From: a virus
Reading direction: 5' to 3' (one strand)
Virus record (IMG/VR): IMGVR_UViG_3300045988_085459
Length of the DNA: 64,000 bases
Shown here one piece after another: positions 1-9,507 of the stretch. The notes below the pieces were generated by a model. The model saw only the letters and a list, made by a program, of their open reading frames with translations, did no database searches and had not been told where the DNA came from. The number at the start of each line of letters is the position of its first letter. Positions within the stretch are counted from its first letter, which is position 1. Both the position numbers and the translations under genes were made by a program.

Positions 1-98
1 TTCTAAACATTAGGAACAGTTCCAACAATAATAAAACCAAGATCACAGAGTTTGCGTGCTAACTTTACTGTAAAAACTTTATAAGTATCATTAGTCAT
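1..98 (-). CDS. hypothetical protein, 5' part only (continues past window start)
   Basis: Minus-strand ATG at 98-96 after an AGGAGA SD; reads MTNDTYKVFTVKLARKLCDLGFIIVGTVPNV then an in-frame TAG and runs off the window edge. Confidence 0.4.
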
Positions 99-113
99 TT
101 AGTTTAATCTCCT

Positions 114-251
114 TTAGTCTACTTTATTTTTCTCAATATATTCTTTTATAGCCCATCTAATAAGCTATGACAATTTAATATCGTGCTCTCTACAATACTT
201 TTCTAACTCTTGTTTTTCTTCCTCAGAAATACGAGCTGCTATCTAAGCCAT
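114..251 (-). CDS. ribbon-helix-helix (CopG/Arc-like) DNA-binding protein, 45 aa, two in-frame TAG
   Basis: Minus-strand ATG 251-249 with a GAGAGGTGA SD; product MA[Q]IAARISEEEKQELEKYCREHDIKLS[Q]LIRWAIKEYIEKNKVD fits the RHH beta-alpha-alpha pattern; faces the divergent control region. Confidence 0.55.
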
Positions 252-305
252 ATAAATCACCTCTCTACTATATCTTTACTTTTATTATAACATAATTAAT
301 TGCGG

Positions 306-465
306 TTGTCCAACTTTTTTAATATTTTTTTATTACAATTATACTATGTCCACAATATCAGATTTTAGACCAACCATTAGAAATTTCTGGACAACTTATT
401 AGAAAAAATTGGACATTTTATTAGAAATTTTTGGACACTCGTAGAAAATTTTGGACAAAAATGCC
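306..465. repeat. four tandem ~21-bp direct repeats TTAGAAAWTTTTGGACA (377-461) plus an inverted half-site TTGTCCAA (306-320)
   Basis: cattagaaatttctggacaa / ttagaaaaaattggacatttt / attagaaatttttggacactc / gtagaaaattttggacaaaa read directly; lies in the divergent intergenic region. Confidence 0.6.
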
Positions 466-496
466 TCTATGACCATTTTATTAAAATTCCTGCGGG

Positions 497-540
497 ATTG
501 CCAATTTTTCTGTCTAAAAAATTCCCGCATCTGTGAGAAA
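497..540. promoter_or_regulatory. imperfect inverted repeat GCGGGATT ... AATTCCCGC (operator-like)
   Basis: ctgcgggattgccaatttttctgtctaaaaaattcccgcatctg; 8-bp arms with one bulge, ~20-nt loop. Confidence 0.4.
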
Positions 541-574
541 TTATGACGGTTCGTTATAATCCATAAGATTTACT

Positions 575-633
575 TGCGTATCTTAATAAAATATGGTAAT
601 ATATTTATATAAATAAGAAAAGAGGTTTTACTT
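575..633 (+). promoter_or_regulatory. promoter and SD for the gene at 634
   Basis: cTTGCGTatcttaataaaatATGGTAATATatttatataaataagaaaAGAGGttttacttATG. Confidence 0.45.
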
Positions 634-1140
634 ATGCCATTAGCTATTGGATTCTTTATATTACTCATGGTTACATCTCTTATAGTATTATATAAAGACT
701 GTGACTCTTTTGCAGAATATCTATTCTCTACAATTCTCGGAGTTGTACTTTCAGCATTTATCGCTTTCTTATTTGCGATTATAATTTGTGGTATTGTTAT
801 TTTTGTTGAACCTGCAACCTATTCTGCGAAAACCACTCAAACATATTCTATTACTGCTTTGAGTGATAATTTTAGTTCTTACGTAGGCCGTTATTATACA
901 GAAGATGGGCTCTATTACTCATTCCTGTATCAAACAGATAAAGGTATAACCGCCAAATCTATTGAGGCAGATCAGTCCTATATTAAGAATACAGATGATG
1001 CCCCATACATAAAAGAAAACAAAATCCGTTTTAAAAACCCAGTTTTGAATTTCCTGCTTGGACCCTGGTCTACCGAGTATACCATCTATATTCCAGAAGA
1101 TTCATTTATCCAAGAGAATTATGTAATCGACCTTGAGTAA
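634..1140 (+). CDS. hypothetical membrane protein (two N-terminal TM helices)
   Basis: ORF track 168 aa; hydrophobic N-terminus; terminator follows. Confidence 0.6.
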   Translation: MPLAIGFFILLMVTSLIVLYKDCDSFAEYLFSTILGVVLSAFIAFLFAIIICGIVIFVEPATYSAKTTQTYSITALSDNFSSYVGRYYTEDGLYYSFLYQTDKGITAKSIEADQSYIKNTDDAPYIKENKIRFKNPVLNFLLGPWSTEYTIYIPEDSFIQENYVIDLE

Positions 1141-1180
1141 AATAAAGACGCTCTTTTAAGAGCGTCTTTATTTTTTTATA
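1141..1180 (+). terminator. rho-independent terminator
   Basis: AAAGACGCTCTTttaagAGCGTCTTT followed by ATTTTTTTAT. Confidence 0.7.
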
Positions 1181-1229
1181 AAATTATTATATAATATATA
1201 TAGAAAGTTAAGGAAAGGAAGTAAAAGTT
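1175..1229 (+). promoter_or_regulatory. conserved promoter plus 5'UTR module
   Basis: ttataaaattattaTATAATatatatagaaagttaaggaaaggaagtaaaagttATG; same module recurs more than 25 times. Confidence 0.6.
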
Positions 1230-1664
1230 ATGAAGATTAGTGAACTGATTAAATCAGAAGGATATAAGAACTCCACTGTAAGAATCTGCGAGTTCCTCGG
1301 CTTTTCTGATACAGACCAACTCAAAAGAGCTAAATTCTTCGCTATTCAAGAAACTTATAGTCCTATTCCGGTTCTTGGGGTCAGCATTAATAATGGAGAC
1401 CCAACTTGGCGGTTATGCGAAGTAGATAATAATGTAAGAGATCTCTATTCTGTTGATGAAGGATATAAAATTCGCCTTAAAATTTGCAACGAGTTCGGAG
1501 GTCGTACTTACTATCAAAGTGACTTTCTTTCCTTGCTAAAAAGTGGACATATTGTTTACTGTCCCGATGAAAATAAATATGAAATTAAACACATTGTTTG
1601 CGCAGAAAAAATCAGTGATGGAGCAATCTTAATTCATGAATTTGATTCTGTAGAGGAGGTGTAA
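1230..1664 (+). CDS. hypothetical protein
   Basis: ORF track 144 aa, preceded by the conserved leader and SD. Confidence 0.6.
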   Translation: MKISELIKSEGYKNSTVRICEFLGFSDTDQLKRAKFFAIQETYSPIPVLGVSINNGDPTWRLCEVDNNVRDLYSVDEGYKIRLKICNEFGGRTYYQSDFLSLLKSGHIVYCPDENKYEIKHIVCAEKISDGAILIHEFDSVEEV

Positions 1665-1667
1665 AAT

Positions 1668-1859
1668 ATGGATATGTCATTTCTCGCATACACTGGCGCT
1701 TTTGAACTGGCTGCTCGAGAATTAGCTTCAAAGCCATGGACTATGAACGATCCATCTCAGCAAGCTCAAATCTGCGCAAAATACGGTATCTTTTTTGATA
1801 ACATAACAGATGATGAAATTGATATGCTTTCTCAAATGGTTGAAGAGTATTCTAATTAA
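1668..1859 (+). CDS. hypothetical protein
   Basis: ORF track 63 aa; GGAGG SD directly upstream. Confidence 0.5.
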   Translation: MDMSFLAYTGAFELAARELASKPWTMNDPSQQAQICAKYGIFFDNITDDEIDMLSQMVEEYSN

Positions 1860-1875
1860 AGAAAGGAAGAGAAAT

Positions 1876-2412
1876 ATGATTGGAAAGACTATTACTGTAA
1901 ATGGAGTAAAGTGCCTTGTTCTTGACGAAATTGATGGTAACCCCTTCGTAATTGCACTTGAAGTAGGAATTGATTTTGTTTTTGGAAATTCTAATAACTA
2001 TAAAGAGAGTACATTGCGGAAGGGCGCTGAGGCTTGGCTTAAGAAAACTGACATCAAGGCTATTCCGCGCAATGTCGACCTGACTGCAATGGATGGATAT
2101 AAAGGATATGGTTCGCTAAACACCACTGTTGCACCACTTACCTTCGATGAATATCGAAAGTATAATCATATTCTAACCCCTCATATCAAGGATTCGTTCT
2201 GGCTTGTTACTCCTTGGGGAAGCCCTGAAAAGGATAATTGGGCCTCGTACGGCGTTTGCCGTGTCTTCGGCGATGGGTCTGCGAGCGGCAGCGGCTACAG
2301 CAGCAGCGGCGGGCTGGCGCCGGCTTTCATTCTTGATAAAAATGGGAAATCTCTTAGTGACTTTACTAACGAGGAGCTAATTGCTGAACTCAACAAGAGA
2401 CTGAAGGTATAA
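1876..2412 (+). CDS. hypothetical protein (Gly/Ser-rich segment)
   Basis: ATG 1876 after AAAGGAAGAG SD; in frame with track ORF 1810..2412. Confidence 0.55.
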   Translation: MIGKTITVNGVKCLVLDEIDGNPFVIALEVGIDFVFGNSNNYKESTLRKGAEAWLKKTDIKAIPRNVDLTAMDGYKGYGSLNTTVAPLTFDEYRKYNHILTPHIKDSFWLVTPWGSPEKDNWASYGVCRVFGDGSASGSGYSSSGGLAPAFILDKNGKSLSDFTNEELIAELNKRLKV

Positions 2413-2415
2413 GAT

Positions 2416-3318
2416 ATGTATATCCTCAATTCAAATCTTATAAATCTTATCCTTACCGAATACGCCGAAAAAGTTAAATTCGGTTATAATAAAATTTCGT
2501 ATGATTCGTGGAGAACCCTAAAGAAACTAAGTAATACTAGTACCGATTATATAGTCAAAATAGAGATTACAGATAAAAACTCTATGCTCTATTTAACTGA
2601 CACCCGAACTGATATTACTAGCGCGATCCCTGTAACTGATGGATTCGCTTATGTTGTTAAAGAAAGGACTATTCATATGGTTGACACTAATTCTAACATG
2701 GGTGTACCTAAGACCGAGAATAAGAAGACTACTGACCACACTTCCCGCAGAGGCCTTAACCTCAATTTTGATTTTGGCCCCATGAACGACGGAGTCGCTT
2801 TTTCTCCTTATGGTCTTGCTGTGTGCAACTCTAAGGGAGAATTTTATACCTACAACCCTGCAACCGCGCAGACCATTGATGTTACCGGCTTTACCTTTGA
2901 TTTCAAAGGTATGATTTATCGTATGCCGGTTGCTGTAAAAGACATCAAGGTTGGCGATATGATTATCCACAAGCACAAGCCTATGTTCGTGACTTCTATT
3001 GATAATACCAATATTGAAGTTATCGACATTCTTGATTCTGAAATCAAGAGCATCATTCCTACTACCAATCCCTTTGGCTTCAATTTCGTTACCAAGATTG
3101 TAAGTCTTGTAAACTTTGGTGGTAGTGCACCCTCTTCCGATCAGCCGTTTGGTAATATCATGCCCATGATGATTGCTAGCGCAGTTCTTGGCGACAGTAA
3201 TGGTGAAGGTTCCATGTTTGAGAATATGGATATGGGCAAGCTCTTTATGCTCAATATGATGACCAACGGTTCTAACCCCTTCGGAAACCTCTTTAACTTC
3301 GCGGAAACTCAGGTATAA
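2416..3318 (+). CDS. hypothetical protein
   Basis: ORF track 300 aa; overlapping minus ORF 2593..2976 judged antisense artefact. Confidence 0.6.
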   Translation: MYILNSNLINLILTEYAEKVKFGYNKISYDSWRTLKKLSNTSTDYIVKIEITDKNSMLYLTDTRTDITSAIPVTDGFAYVVKERTIHMVDTNSNMGVPKTENKKTTDHTSRRGLNLNFDFGPMNDGVAFSPYGLAVCNSKGEFYTYNPATAQTIDVTGFTFDFKGMIYRMPVAVKDIKVGDMIIHKHKPMFVTSIDNTNIEVIDILDSEIKSIIPTTNPFGFNFVTKIVSLVNFGGSAPSSDQPFGNIMPMMIASAVLGDSNGEGSMFENMDMGKLFMLNMMTNGSNPFGNLFNFAETQV

Positions 3319-3346
3319 AGCGCTTTAAAGAAAGGAATGATTCTCT

Positions 3347-3598
3347 ATGAAAAAACTCTATGTAGTCTACTTTTGGCCTGATTTTGAAGACTTACCTAAA
3401 AATTTAGTTGCTGTAAAGTCTGAGGCAGAAGCCCAAGAACTAGTCCTTTCTTTCTGGGAGAATGCCGCTTACGATAATTATCTTTCTACTCTTAGCTGGG
3501 ATCCAGTTGCTGATCCAAGAGATTTTTGGGATGATGAATCTTATGCTCTTGATTTCGGCTACAATAAAGTAAATTTTCTTGGAGAAGAGCTTCCTTAA
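3347..3598 (+). CDS. hypothetical protein
   Basis: ORF track 83 aa; AAAGGAATG SD. Confidence 0.55.
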   Translation: MKKLYVVYFWPDFEDLPKNLVAVKSEAEAQELVLSFWENAAYDNYLSTLSWDPVADPRDFWDDESYALDFGYNKVNFLGEELP

Positions 3599-3617
3599 TG
3601 GAGGCTCTTTTTCTTTT

Positions 3618-3677
3618 GCAAAAAATAAAAAATAATGATATAATATTTATAGAAGATGAGGAAAGGAGATAAAAAGT
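3618..3677 (+). promoter_or_regulatory. conserved promoter plus 5'UTR module
   Basis: aaaaataaaaaataaTGATATAATatttatagaagatgaggaaaggagataaaaagtATG. Confidence 0.6.
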
Positions 3678-3899
3678 ATGAAGAATTATTTTGAGTATAA
3701 GGTTGAAGTTTGGGAAGATGATGATATTGTCACTTATCGTGGAGTTACCTATGGCGATGATTTTAGTGAATCCGTAGATAACATTGTTGAATTTTTCGGC
3801 GAAAGAGATATTGTTTCTCTAAAGGTTAAGCCTTGGGAATGTGAAGGTTGTCTTATCATGAGCAAAGAAGTAATTGACGAAATTCGGAAAACTATCTAA
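3678..3899 (+). CDS. hypothetical protein
   Basis: ORF track 73 aa. Confidence 0.55.
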   Translation: MKNYFEYKVEVWEDDDIVTYRGVTYGDDFSESVDNIVEFFGERDIVSLKVKPWECEGCLIMSKEVIDEIRKTI

Positions 3900-3912
3900 G
3901 GAGGTTTAAATC

Positions 3913-4395
3913 ATGCCTGTTGCACCTAGTTTTCAGTCCTATAAGCGCATTACTGAAGAGCCTTTCATTAAAAATGGTAAATATTATGTTACCGTAGAGC
4001 ATCCAAATACTAAGAATCATCGAGATGTTCGCTACTACAGTGATGCAGAATATGCAAAAGCCTACGGTAAGAAGATTGTTGATACCGATAAAGGCTATGA
4101 TGGTCTAAAGCATGCTCGCGGCTTTGACAATGGGCCTATTCTTGTAATTCGTGGGAATAAGGCTGCTGACGAAGATTGGCTGCGGGAGTCCGTAGCTAGA
4201 TATGCCGTAGGGATTGGTTGGTATATCGCTTCTACCGATATTTTCCCTGATGATGCTCCTGAGCATCTGAAGTATCTCCTGCTCGGTTGGGACGAATTCC
4301 GCGATGGAGATGACCGTCATATGAAGAAACCTGCGGATTTGTCTACCTTACTCGATAAAAAAGCTAGAAATAAAGAATGGGTTAAAATGAAATGA
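3913..4395 (+). CDS. hypothetical protein
   Basis: ORF track 160 aa; AAGGAGG SD at 3897-3903. Confidence 0.6.
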   Translation: MPVAPSFQSYKRITEEPFIKNGKYYVTVEHPNTKNHRDVRYYSDAEYAKAYGKKIVDTDKGYDGLKHARGFDNGPILVIRGNKAADEDWLRESVARYAVGIGWYIASTDIFPDDAPEHLKYLLLGWDEFRDGDDRHMKKPADLSTLLDKKARNKEWVKMK

Positions 4396-4584
4396 AAACT
4401 ACTCTGCTGCTAATACTATATATGTTTCTTGTCTTTTCGTCTCTAATACTTCTGTATTCTTCACCAACAATACTTCACGCAGTCTTATATAGTATCTGCG
4501 CAACTTGTTGGATTACAAATCTAATCCTTTTCATTAGAGATATTTGACATAAAAATTGCCACTTCAGCCAAGGAATCGGTTTGC

Positions 4585-4642
4585 AAAAAACAAAAAAATA
4601 AGTTATAATAAATATAGAAAGTAGGAAAGGAGATTTCTTGTA
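4585..4642 (+). promoter_or_regulatory. conserved promoter plus 5'UTR module
   Basis: caaaaaaataagttaTAATAAatatagaaagtaggaaaggagatttcttgtaATG. Confidence 0.55.
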
Positions 4643-4951
4643 ATGAGCGTTAGCTATTTTACTAAAATCGTTTATGGAGTTCGTCTTGAGAATGACGAAA
4701 TTAATATCTTAAATCAGAAGGATGATGAATTTTGTGATAAAAATTGCGATTTTATTCACAGAGCTAACTACTATGATAACGATGAAGATATTGTAATTGG
4801 TATTCAAGTAGGCGATAACGTTGAAGAAGGGACAATTAGAGAAATCACTTTCTCTAATAACAATCTTGAAACCAGTGAACTTAAAAACATTTTGGGCGCG
4901 TTAAACATTACACGAGAACCTAAATGGTATGTAGTCCATTGTGTTTTGTAA
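4643..4951 (+). CDS. hypothetical protein
   Basis: ORF track 102 aa. Confidence 0.55.
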   Translation: MSVSYFTKIVYGVRLENDEINILNQKDDEFCDKNCDFIHRANYYDNDEDIVIGIQVGDNVEEGTIREITFSNNNLETSELKNILGALNITREPKWYVVHCVL

Positions 4952-4967
4952 ATTACAAGAAATTTTC

Positions 4968-5033
4968 TTGACTTTACTCAAAAAATATCATATAATATAA
5001 ATACAATAAAACAAGAGAGGAATTGATTAAATT
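4968..5033 (+). promoter_or_regulatory. sigma70-type promoter
   Basis: cTTGACTttactcaaaaaatatcaTATAATataaatacaataaaacaagagaggaattgattaaattATG. Confidence 0.55.
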
Positions 5034-5474
5034 ATGTCTAACACTGTAAAGAAGCCCACAAAGAAAGCCAATTATAATGCTATTTTGAGCATTTTGTCTG
5101 TCGCTGAGAACGAGGGTCTTGTCCTCGAGTCCAGTGAAATTACTTATGACAGCCTGCGCGAGTTCGTCGAGCACGAGGTAGAGTTGCTTGACAATAAGGC
5201 TGCTGCTGCCGCTAAGAGAGCTGCTGCTAAGAAGGTCGAGGGAGATGCTCTTCGCGAGAAGATTTATGAAGTCCTTGGTGATGAGCCTATGACTATCAAT
5301 GATATTGTAAAGGCTTTGAACGACGAGGACATTTCTGCTCAGATGGTTACTGCTCGTCTAACCCAGCTTGCTTCTCCTGAGGTCAATCGTGTTGCTAAGG
5401 AGACCGTAAGTGTTCCTGCTTCCACTGAGGGTGGAAAGTCTAAGAAGCTCTCTGCTTACCGCAGAATTGGCTAA
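5034..5474 (+). CDS. hypothetical Ala/Lys-rich protein
   Basis: ORF track 146 aa; terminator follows. Confidence 0.6.
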   Translation: MSNTVKKPTKKANYNAILSILSVAENEGLVLESSEITYDSLREFVEHEVELLDNKAAAAAKRAAAKKVEGDALREKIYEVLGDEPMTINDIVKALNDEDISAQMVTARLTQLASPEVNRVAKETVSVPASTEGGKSKKLSAYRRIG

Positions 5475-5629
5475 TTAAAACCTTTAGAAAGGTATCTACG
5501 AAAAGTAGATACCTTTCTTTTTAGCCATACTTTAGTACAAATTGCAAATCCAGAAGGGCCACCTGGAAAATTCATAATATGAAATGCCGCGAATAATATT
5601 ACGCAAATAGCGATAATAATAAAAACCAC
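5452..5629 (-). CDS. possible small hydrophobic protein (weak call)
   Basis: Minus-strand GTG 5629-5627 after an AGGAG SD; VVFIIIAICVILFAAFHIMNFPGGPSGFAICTKVW...; overlaps the terminator and an upstream gene end; contains one TAG. Confidence 0.25.
5485..5525 (+). terminator. rho-independent terminator
   Basis: AGGTATCTACgaaaaGTAGATACCT then TTCTTTTT. Confidence 0.75.
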
Positions 5630-5767
5630 AGTTAAAACTCCTTTTTTATTTATATATTTATTATAACAAAAGCAAAAGGATTTGTCAATTTGGCATTTTC
5701 ATCTCAAGATTGACGGATTTTTTATTATATGCTATAATAAATATATAAATAAAGGAGGGCTTATTTA

Positions 5768-6544
5768 ATGATATTTAGTGTAAATTATCATTCCAGCAAT
5801 ATAAAAATGGCTGGAGAAATACGTTGCCCCTACAATCAATTAGGAACAATTATTAAATTTCTTAAAGAAAATCCAAATAAAAGGTGTAATATAATTATTC
5901 CAGATGAATTAACTCAGGTGCAATTAACAAGATTGGCTGAGCAAGTTGAGATAATTAAAACAATAGCAAATGATTACACTATTCAATGCGGAAACATATA
6001 TCAATTAAATGATTTAAAAGATATGGGATATAATAGATATTTGCGGTTCCCGGTTACTGATTGGGAAACTTTTCAAGAATTGCGGGAGGCCAAGGTTAGT
6101 GATATCTATATAGATGGACCATTAGGGTTTCAAATGGAGTTATTAGAAAAGGTTAAAGGAGATATTAAGATAAGAGTATCACCCACCATTTCCCCTAATG
6201 TCTCCCTATCCGCAGAAAGAAAACCTTCAAGTTTTTTTATTCGCCCGGAGGATCTCCATTTATATTCTGCTATTGATGTAATAGATTTTAAGCAACCTAA
6301 TTTAGAAAAAGAAGATACTTTGTTTAATATCTATAATAGAGGTTCATTTAATTATGACATAAATCTTCTTATTGATGGCTTACCGGCAAGAAATAATCTA
6401 ACATTTAAAGAAACATTTGCAAAAACTCGTTTAAACTGTGGGCAAAAATGTAATATACCCGGTCATTCTTGTCATTATTGTGATACTTATTTTTCAGTAA
6501 TCTCGCATTTCCATGAACTTGCTAGACTTAGCAAAAAGAAATAA
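5768..6544 (+). CDS. hypothetical protein
   Basis: ORF track 258 aa; AAAGGAGGG SD. Confidence 0.6.
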   Translation: MIFSVNYHSSNIKMAGEIRCPYNQLGTIIKFLKENPNKRCNIIIPDELTQVQLTRLAEQVEIIKTIANDYTIQCGNIYQLNDLKDMGYNRYLRFPVTDWETFQELREAKVSDIYIDGPLGFQMELLEKVKGDIKIRVSPTISPNVSLSAERKPSSFFIRPEDLHLYSAIDVIDFKQPNLEKEDTLFNIYNRGSFNYDINLLIDGLPARNNLTFKETFAKTRLNCGQKCNIPGHSCHYCDTYFSVISHFHELARLSKKK

Positions 6545-6609
6545 TTAGATTTTATTATTTTTATATATTATAATATTATTATAAAGATAATAAAAGGAGT
6601 GTTTCTAAA

Positions 6610-7323
6610 GTGAAATGGTCGGAAATTCTTCCTCAAGAGGCACTGGATTTAAGTGTTCAACTTGAAAATCATGCTTTAGAAGAGCGCTCTAAAGGAAAGA
6701 TTTTATTTCCAGAATAGGATAAAATCTTTAGAGCGCTTAATCTTACGCATCCAGAAGATGTAAAAGTTTGTATTGTAGGACAAGACCCGTATCATACCCC
6801 AGGCGCAGCAAACGGGTTAGCATTTTCTATTTCTGATGGGAGCCCCATTCAACCATCTTTAAGAAATATTTTTAGCGAACTTAATAGCGATTTAGGGATT
6901 CCAATTCCGCGGTCTGGAGATTTAACATCTTGGGCAGAAAGAGGAGTATTGCTTCTTAATGCAAGTTTAACTGTCTATGAACATCAAGCCAATAGCTGCG
7001 TTAATTGGGGATGGAGTAGGTTTACAACAGCGGTGCTGAAAGCCGCAACCCATTTGCCACAACCTATTGTTTTTATGTTATGGGGAGCTAATGCTCAGAA
7101 TTTATTAAAAGATTTAAATTCTAGTCCTATGGTATGGGATGGACCTGGAGTTGCCAGAGAGAATTTGATTAAGAAGGCTTATATTTTATCTTCCCATCCA
7201 AGTCCTTTTAGTGTAAGTAAACCATGCAAAGGAACTCCTGCGTTTAAAGGTAGTAAACCGTTTTCAACAGCGAATGATTTATTGCTTTCTATGGGTGGAG
7301 AACCGATTGATTGGAGTTTATAA
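6610..7323 (+). CDS. ung: uracil-DNA glycosylase family 1, one in-frame TAG at 6715-6717
   Basis: GTG start after AAAAGGAG SD; motifs VCIVGQDPYHTPGAANGLAFSI, GVLLLN and HPSPFS match Ung; the TAG sits between ILFPE and DKIFRAL where E. coli Ung has PPQKDVF. Confidence 0.85.
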
Positions 7324-7344
7324 GATGGGAGATATAATGTATAG

Positions 7345-8649
7345 ATGATAGAATTACAGAAGTTACAAAATGATTTTGAATCTGTACTTGTCCATTCTCA
7401 AGATTATCCATTTTATCTCGATTCAAAAAATTTAATCGAACAATGGGCAGAAGCGAAAAAAGATATAATAAATCTTTTTGGCGGAGAATTGATATTAAGA
7501 AGCAAGGAACCAATTAAAATTTTTTTGACAGAAGAGCAGAAGAATAAAAGATTTGAAGAGTTTATTCAAGCTCTTGATGAAAATGGAATCTTAACTACTG
7601 ATCTCGAATTATTTTTGAGAGATAATAAAGGAGGATTTTTTGATAACAGGGTTTTATTACCATATCCTTCTTTTAATATTCCACTAGGCTCTAAATTATC
7701 CAAATCTTTTAAGCGATTTATTAACAGTCAAGAGATTGTTAGATGGGCACAAGATACCGCTTCAAGATATATGCAAGAAAATAAAATAGAAGGATATTTA
7801 TATCTTTCTATTCATCCTCTTGATTTCTTAACTGTTTCAGAAAACAATGAAAATTGGTGGTCATGTCAGTCTCTTGATGGAGATTATAGAAGTGGAAATC
7901 TTAGTTATTTAGTAGATAAAACAACTATTGTTGCTTATTTATCTAATGGTAAACAAGAGCATCTAAAATGTCTTCCATTAGGAATGAAATGGAATAGCAA
8001 AAAATGGAGAATGTTAGTCCATACAGATGGTATCAGAAATATTTATTATAATAGACAATATCCATATGAATCAAGAGATTTACTCGCTTGTGTACATAAT
8101 ATGTTACTTAAATTGATTAAATTTGATATGTCTCTTCCTCTTGATTATGGATTTAAAGTAATCCAAACTCAATGGGGTAGTGAGCAACTTATATATAATC
8201 AAATAAATGCAGGTGGACGTATTCATGATACGAGAGATGTAATTGATATGAGTGATTATTTAGGATATTCTGATTTAGTTATTTCTAGTACGTACGCACC
8301 GATTATATCAGTAAATAATGGAAAGTATGAGGATTATACAAAGCATTTAGATCAAAATAAATATGTGGAAGAACTATATTTTAATGATGTTTTTCAAATC
8401 AAAATTGGTGAAAGACCAATTTGCCCCTGTTGTGGAACAGAACATATAAATAGAGAAGATTCATTTTTATGTAATTTCTGCATATCAGAGAAAGAGGCAG
8501 ATGAAGATTTCTTCTTGACTTGTAATAGTTGTTATCGTAGAATATATGATGAAGATAAAATTTATTGGATGGATGGTAGGCCGTATTGTAAGACTTGCCA
8601 TAATCTAATGAAACAAGAGGATAGATTAATCGAGGAGGACGATGAATAA
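7345..8649 (+). CDS. hypothetical protein with C-terminal multi-Cys zinc-finger cluster
   Basis: ORF track 434 aa; CPCCG..CNFC..CNSC..CKTC near the C-terminus. Confidence 0.6.
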   Translation: MIELQKLQNDFESVLVHSQDYPFYLDSKNLIEQWAEAKKDIINLFGGELILRSKEPIKIFLTEEQKNKRFEEFIQALDENGILTTDLELFLRDNKGGFFDNRVLLPYPSFNIPLGSKLSKSFKRFINSQEIVRWAQDTASRYMQENKIEGYLYLSIHPLDFLTVSENNENWWSCQSLDGDYRSGNLSYLVDKTTIVAYLSNGKQEHLKCLPLGMKWNSKKWRMLVHTDGIRNIYYNRQYPYESRDLLACVHNMLLKLIKFDMSLPLDYGFKVIQTQWGSEQLIYNQINAGGRIHDTRDVIDMSDYLGYSDLVISSTYAPIISVNNGKYEDYTKHLDQNKYVEELYFNDVFQIKIGERPICPCCGTEHINREDSFLCNFCISEKEADEDFFLTCNSCYRRIYDEDKIYWMDGRPYCKTCHNLMKQEDRLIEEDDE

Positions 8650-8957
8650 TGGCAGTTAGACGAGGAGATGCCGCGAAAGACCTAATTACAAAGACAATTC
8701 TTTCAACATTTGAAGGCTCTTTTGTTTCGGATAAAAAGATTTACATTTCAGTAAAAGATGGAGCGAGTGGAGAAGTTGTTCAGATTGCTGTATCACTTAC
8801 AATGCCTAAGACACCGATTGCGGGCGGAGGAGATAGTACGCTCTCTACATCAAGTTCTGATACTCCATCCGCAAATAGTTTTACTCCAACTGAGTTGGCT
8901 CCAGAGGATAAAGCTAAGATTGAGGAACTTAAAGCCAAGTTGGGAATTACTGATTAA
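8649..8957 (+). CDS. hypothetical protein
   Basis: ORF track 102 aa; start overlaps the previous stop (ATGAATAATGG). Confidence 0.5.
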   Translation: MAVRRGDAAKDLITKTILSTFEGSFVSDKKIYISVKDGASGEVVQIAVSLTMPKTPIAGGGDSTLSTSSSDTPSANSFTPTELAPEDKAKIEELKAKLGITD

Positions 8958-9027
8958 AAATTTTGGGTATGGGTAATTAAGATATTTAATATAAAGTTTA
9001 ATAATAGTACAAACTTCCTTACTAAAA

Positions 9028-9075
9028 GGGAAGCGTAAGAGAAATATTTTCTAGAACTTACGCTTCCTTGAAAAA
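9028..9075 (+). terminator. long hairpin, terminator-like
   Basis: GGAAGCGTAAG ... CTTACGCTTCC 11-bp stem, then TTGAAAAATAAAAAAAATT (also the -35 of the next promoter). Confidence 0.5.
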
Positions 9076-9132
9076 TAAAAAAAATTATTATATAATATAT
9101 ATAGAAAGTTAAGGAAAGGAAGTTTTGAGTTT
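9070..9132 (+). promoter_or_regulatory. conserved promoter plus 5'UTR module
   Basis: gaaaaataaaaaaaattattaTATAATatatatagaaagttaaggaaaggaagttttgagttt ATG. Confidence 0.6.
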
Positions 9133-9306
9133 ATGAGTAAATATACTTATGCAGTTTCTTTCACTATCCTTGCTACTATTGAGAGTGATGAACCTCTAGC
9201 GGAGGAAGAGATTATTTCTCAGGCAGAACTTGAAACTTGTGTGACTAGAGATCTATGTAATGATATTGATATTACTGGTCTTTATGGAACACCTACTCCT
9301 TATTGA
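9133..9306 (+). CDS. small acidic hypothetical protein (57 aa)
   Basis: ATG 9133 at canonical distance from the leader; MSKYTYAVSFTILATIESDEPLAEEE...; below the ORF-track size cut-off. Confidence 0.4.
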   Translation: MSKYTYAVSFTILATIESDEPLAEEEIISQAELETCVTRDLCNDIDITGLYGTPTPY

Positions 9307-9309
9307 TTA

Positions 9310-9350
9310 TTTGAAAAATAAAAATAAATATTATATAATATTTATATAAG
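9310..9350 (+). promoter_or_regulatory. promoter upstream of the first tRNA
   Basis: TGAAAAAtaaaaataaatatTATATAATatttatataag; -10 element identical to the protein-gene promoters. Confidence 0.5.
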
Positions 9351-9434
9351 TTATCGACAGTAACTATAAATAATTGCACAGGTAAGGCGTGAGTGGGGCT
9401 GATATGCGTTAAATAAAATACTCACTTTATCTAT

Positions 9435-9507
9435 ACTCCGGTAGTTCAAAGGTTAGAACGGGCGACTTATAATCGCTTGATGCTTGGTTCGAGTCCAGCT
9501 CGGAGTA
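9435..9507 (+). tRNA. tRNA-Ile (anticodon TAT)
   Basis: Acceptor ACTCCGG/TCGGAGT, D-arm GTTC-AAAGGTTA-GAAC, anticodon arm GGCGA-CTTATAA-TCGCT, T-loop TTCGAGT, CCA encoded. Confidence 0.7.

Noticed and set aside
375-465. Possible CRISPR-like array
   Set aside because: Only four ~21-bp units with no unique spacers between them and no cas genes; better explained as iteron or operator repeats. No CRISPR array elsewhere in the window.
2593-2976. 127-aa minus ORF
   Set aside because: Antisense inside the 300-aa plus-strand gene; no translation signals.
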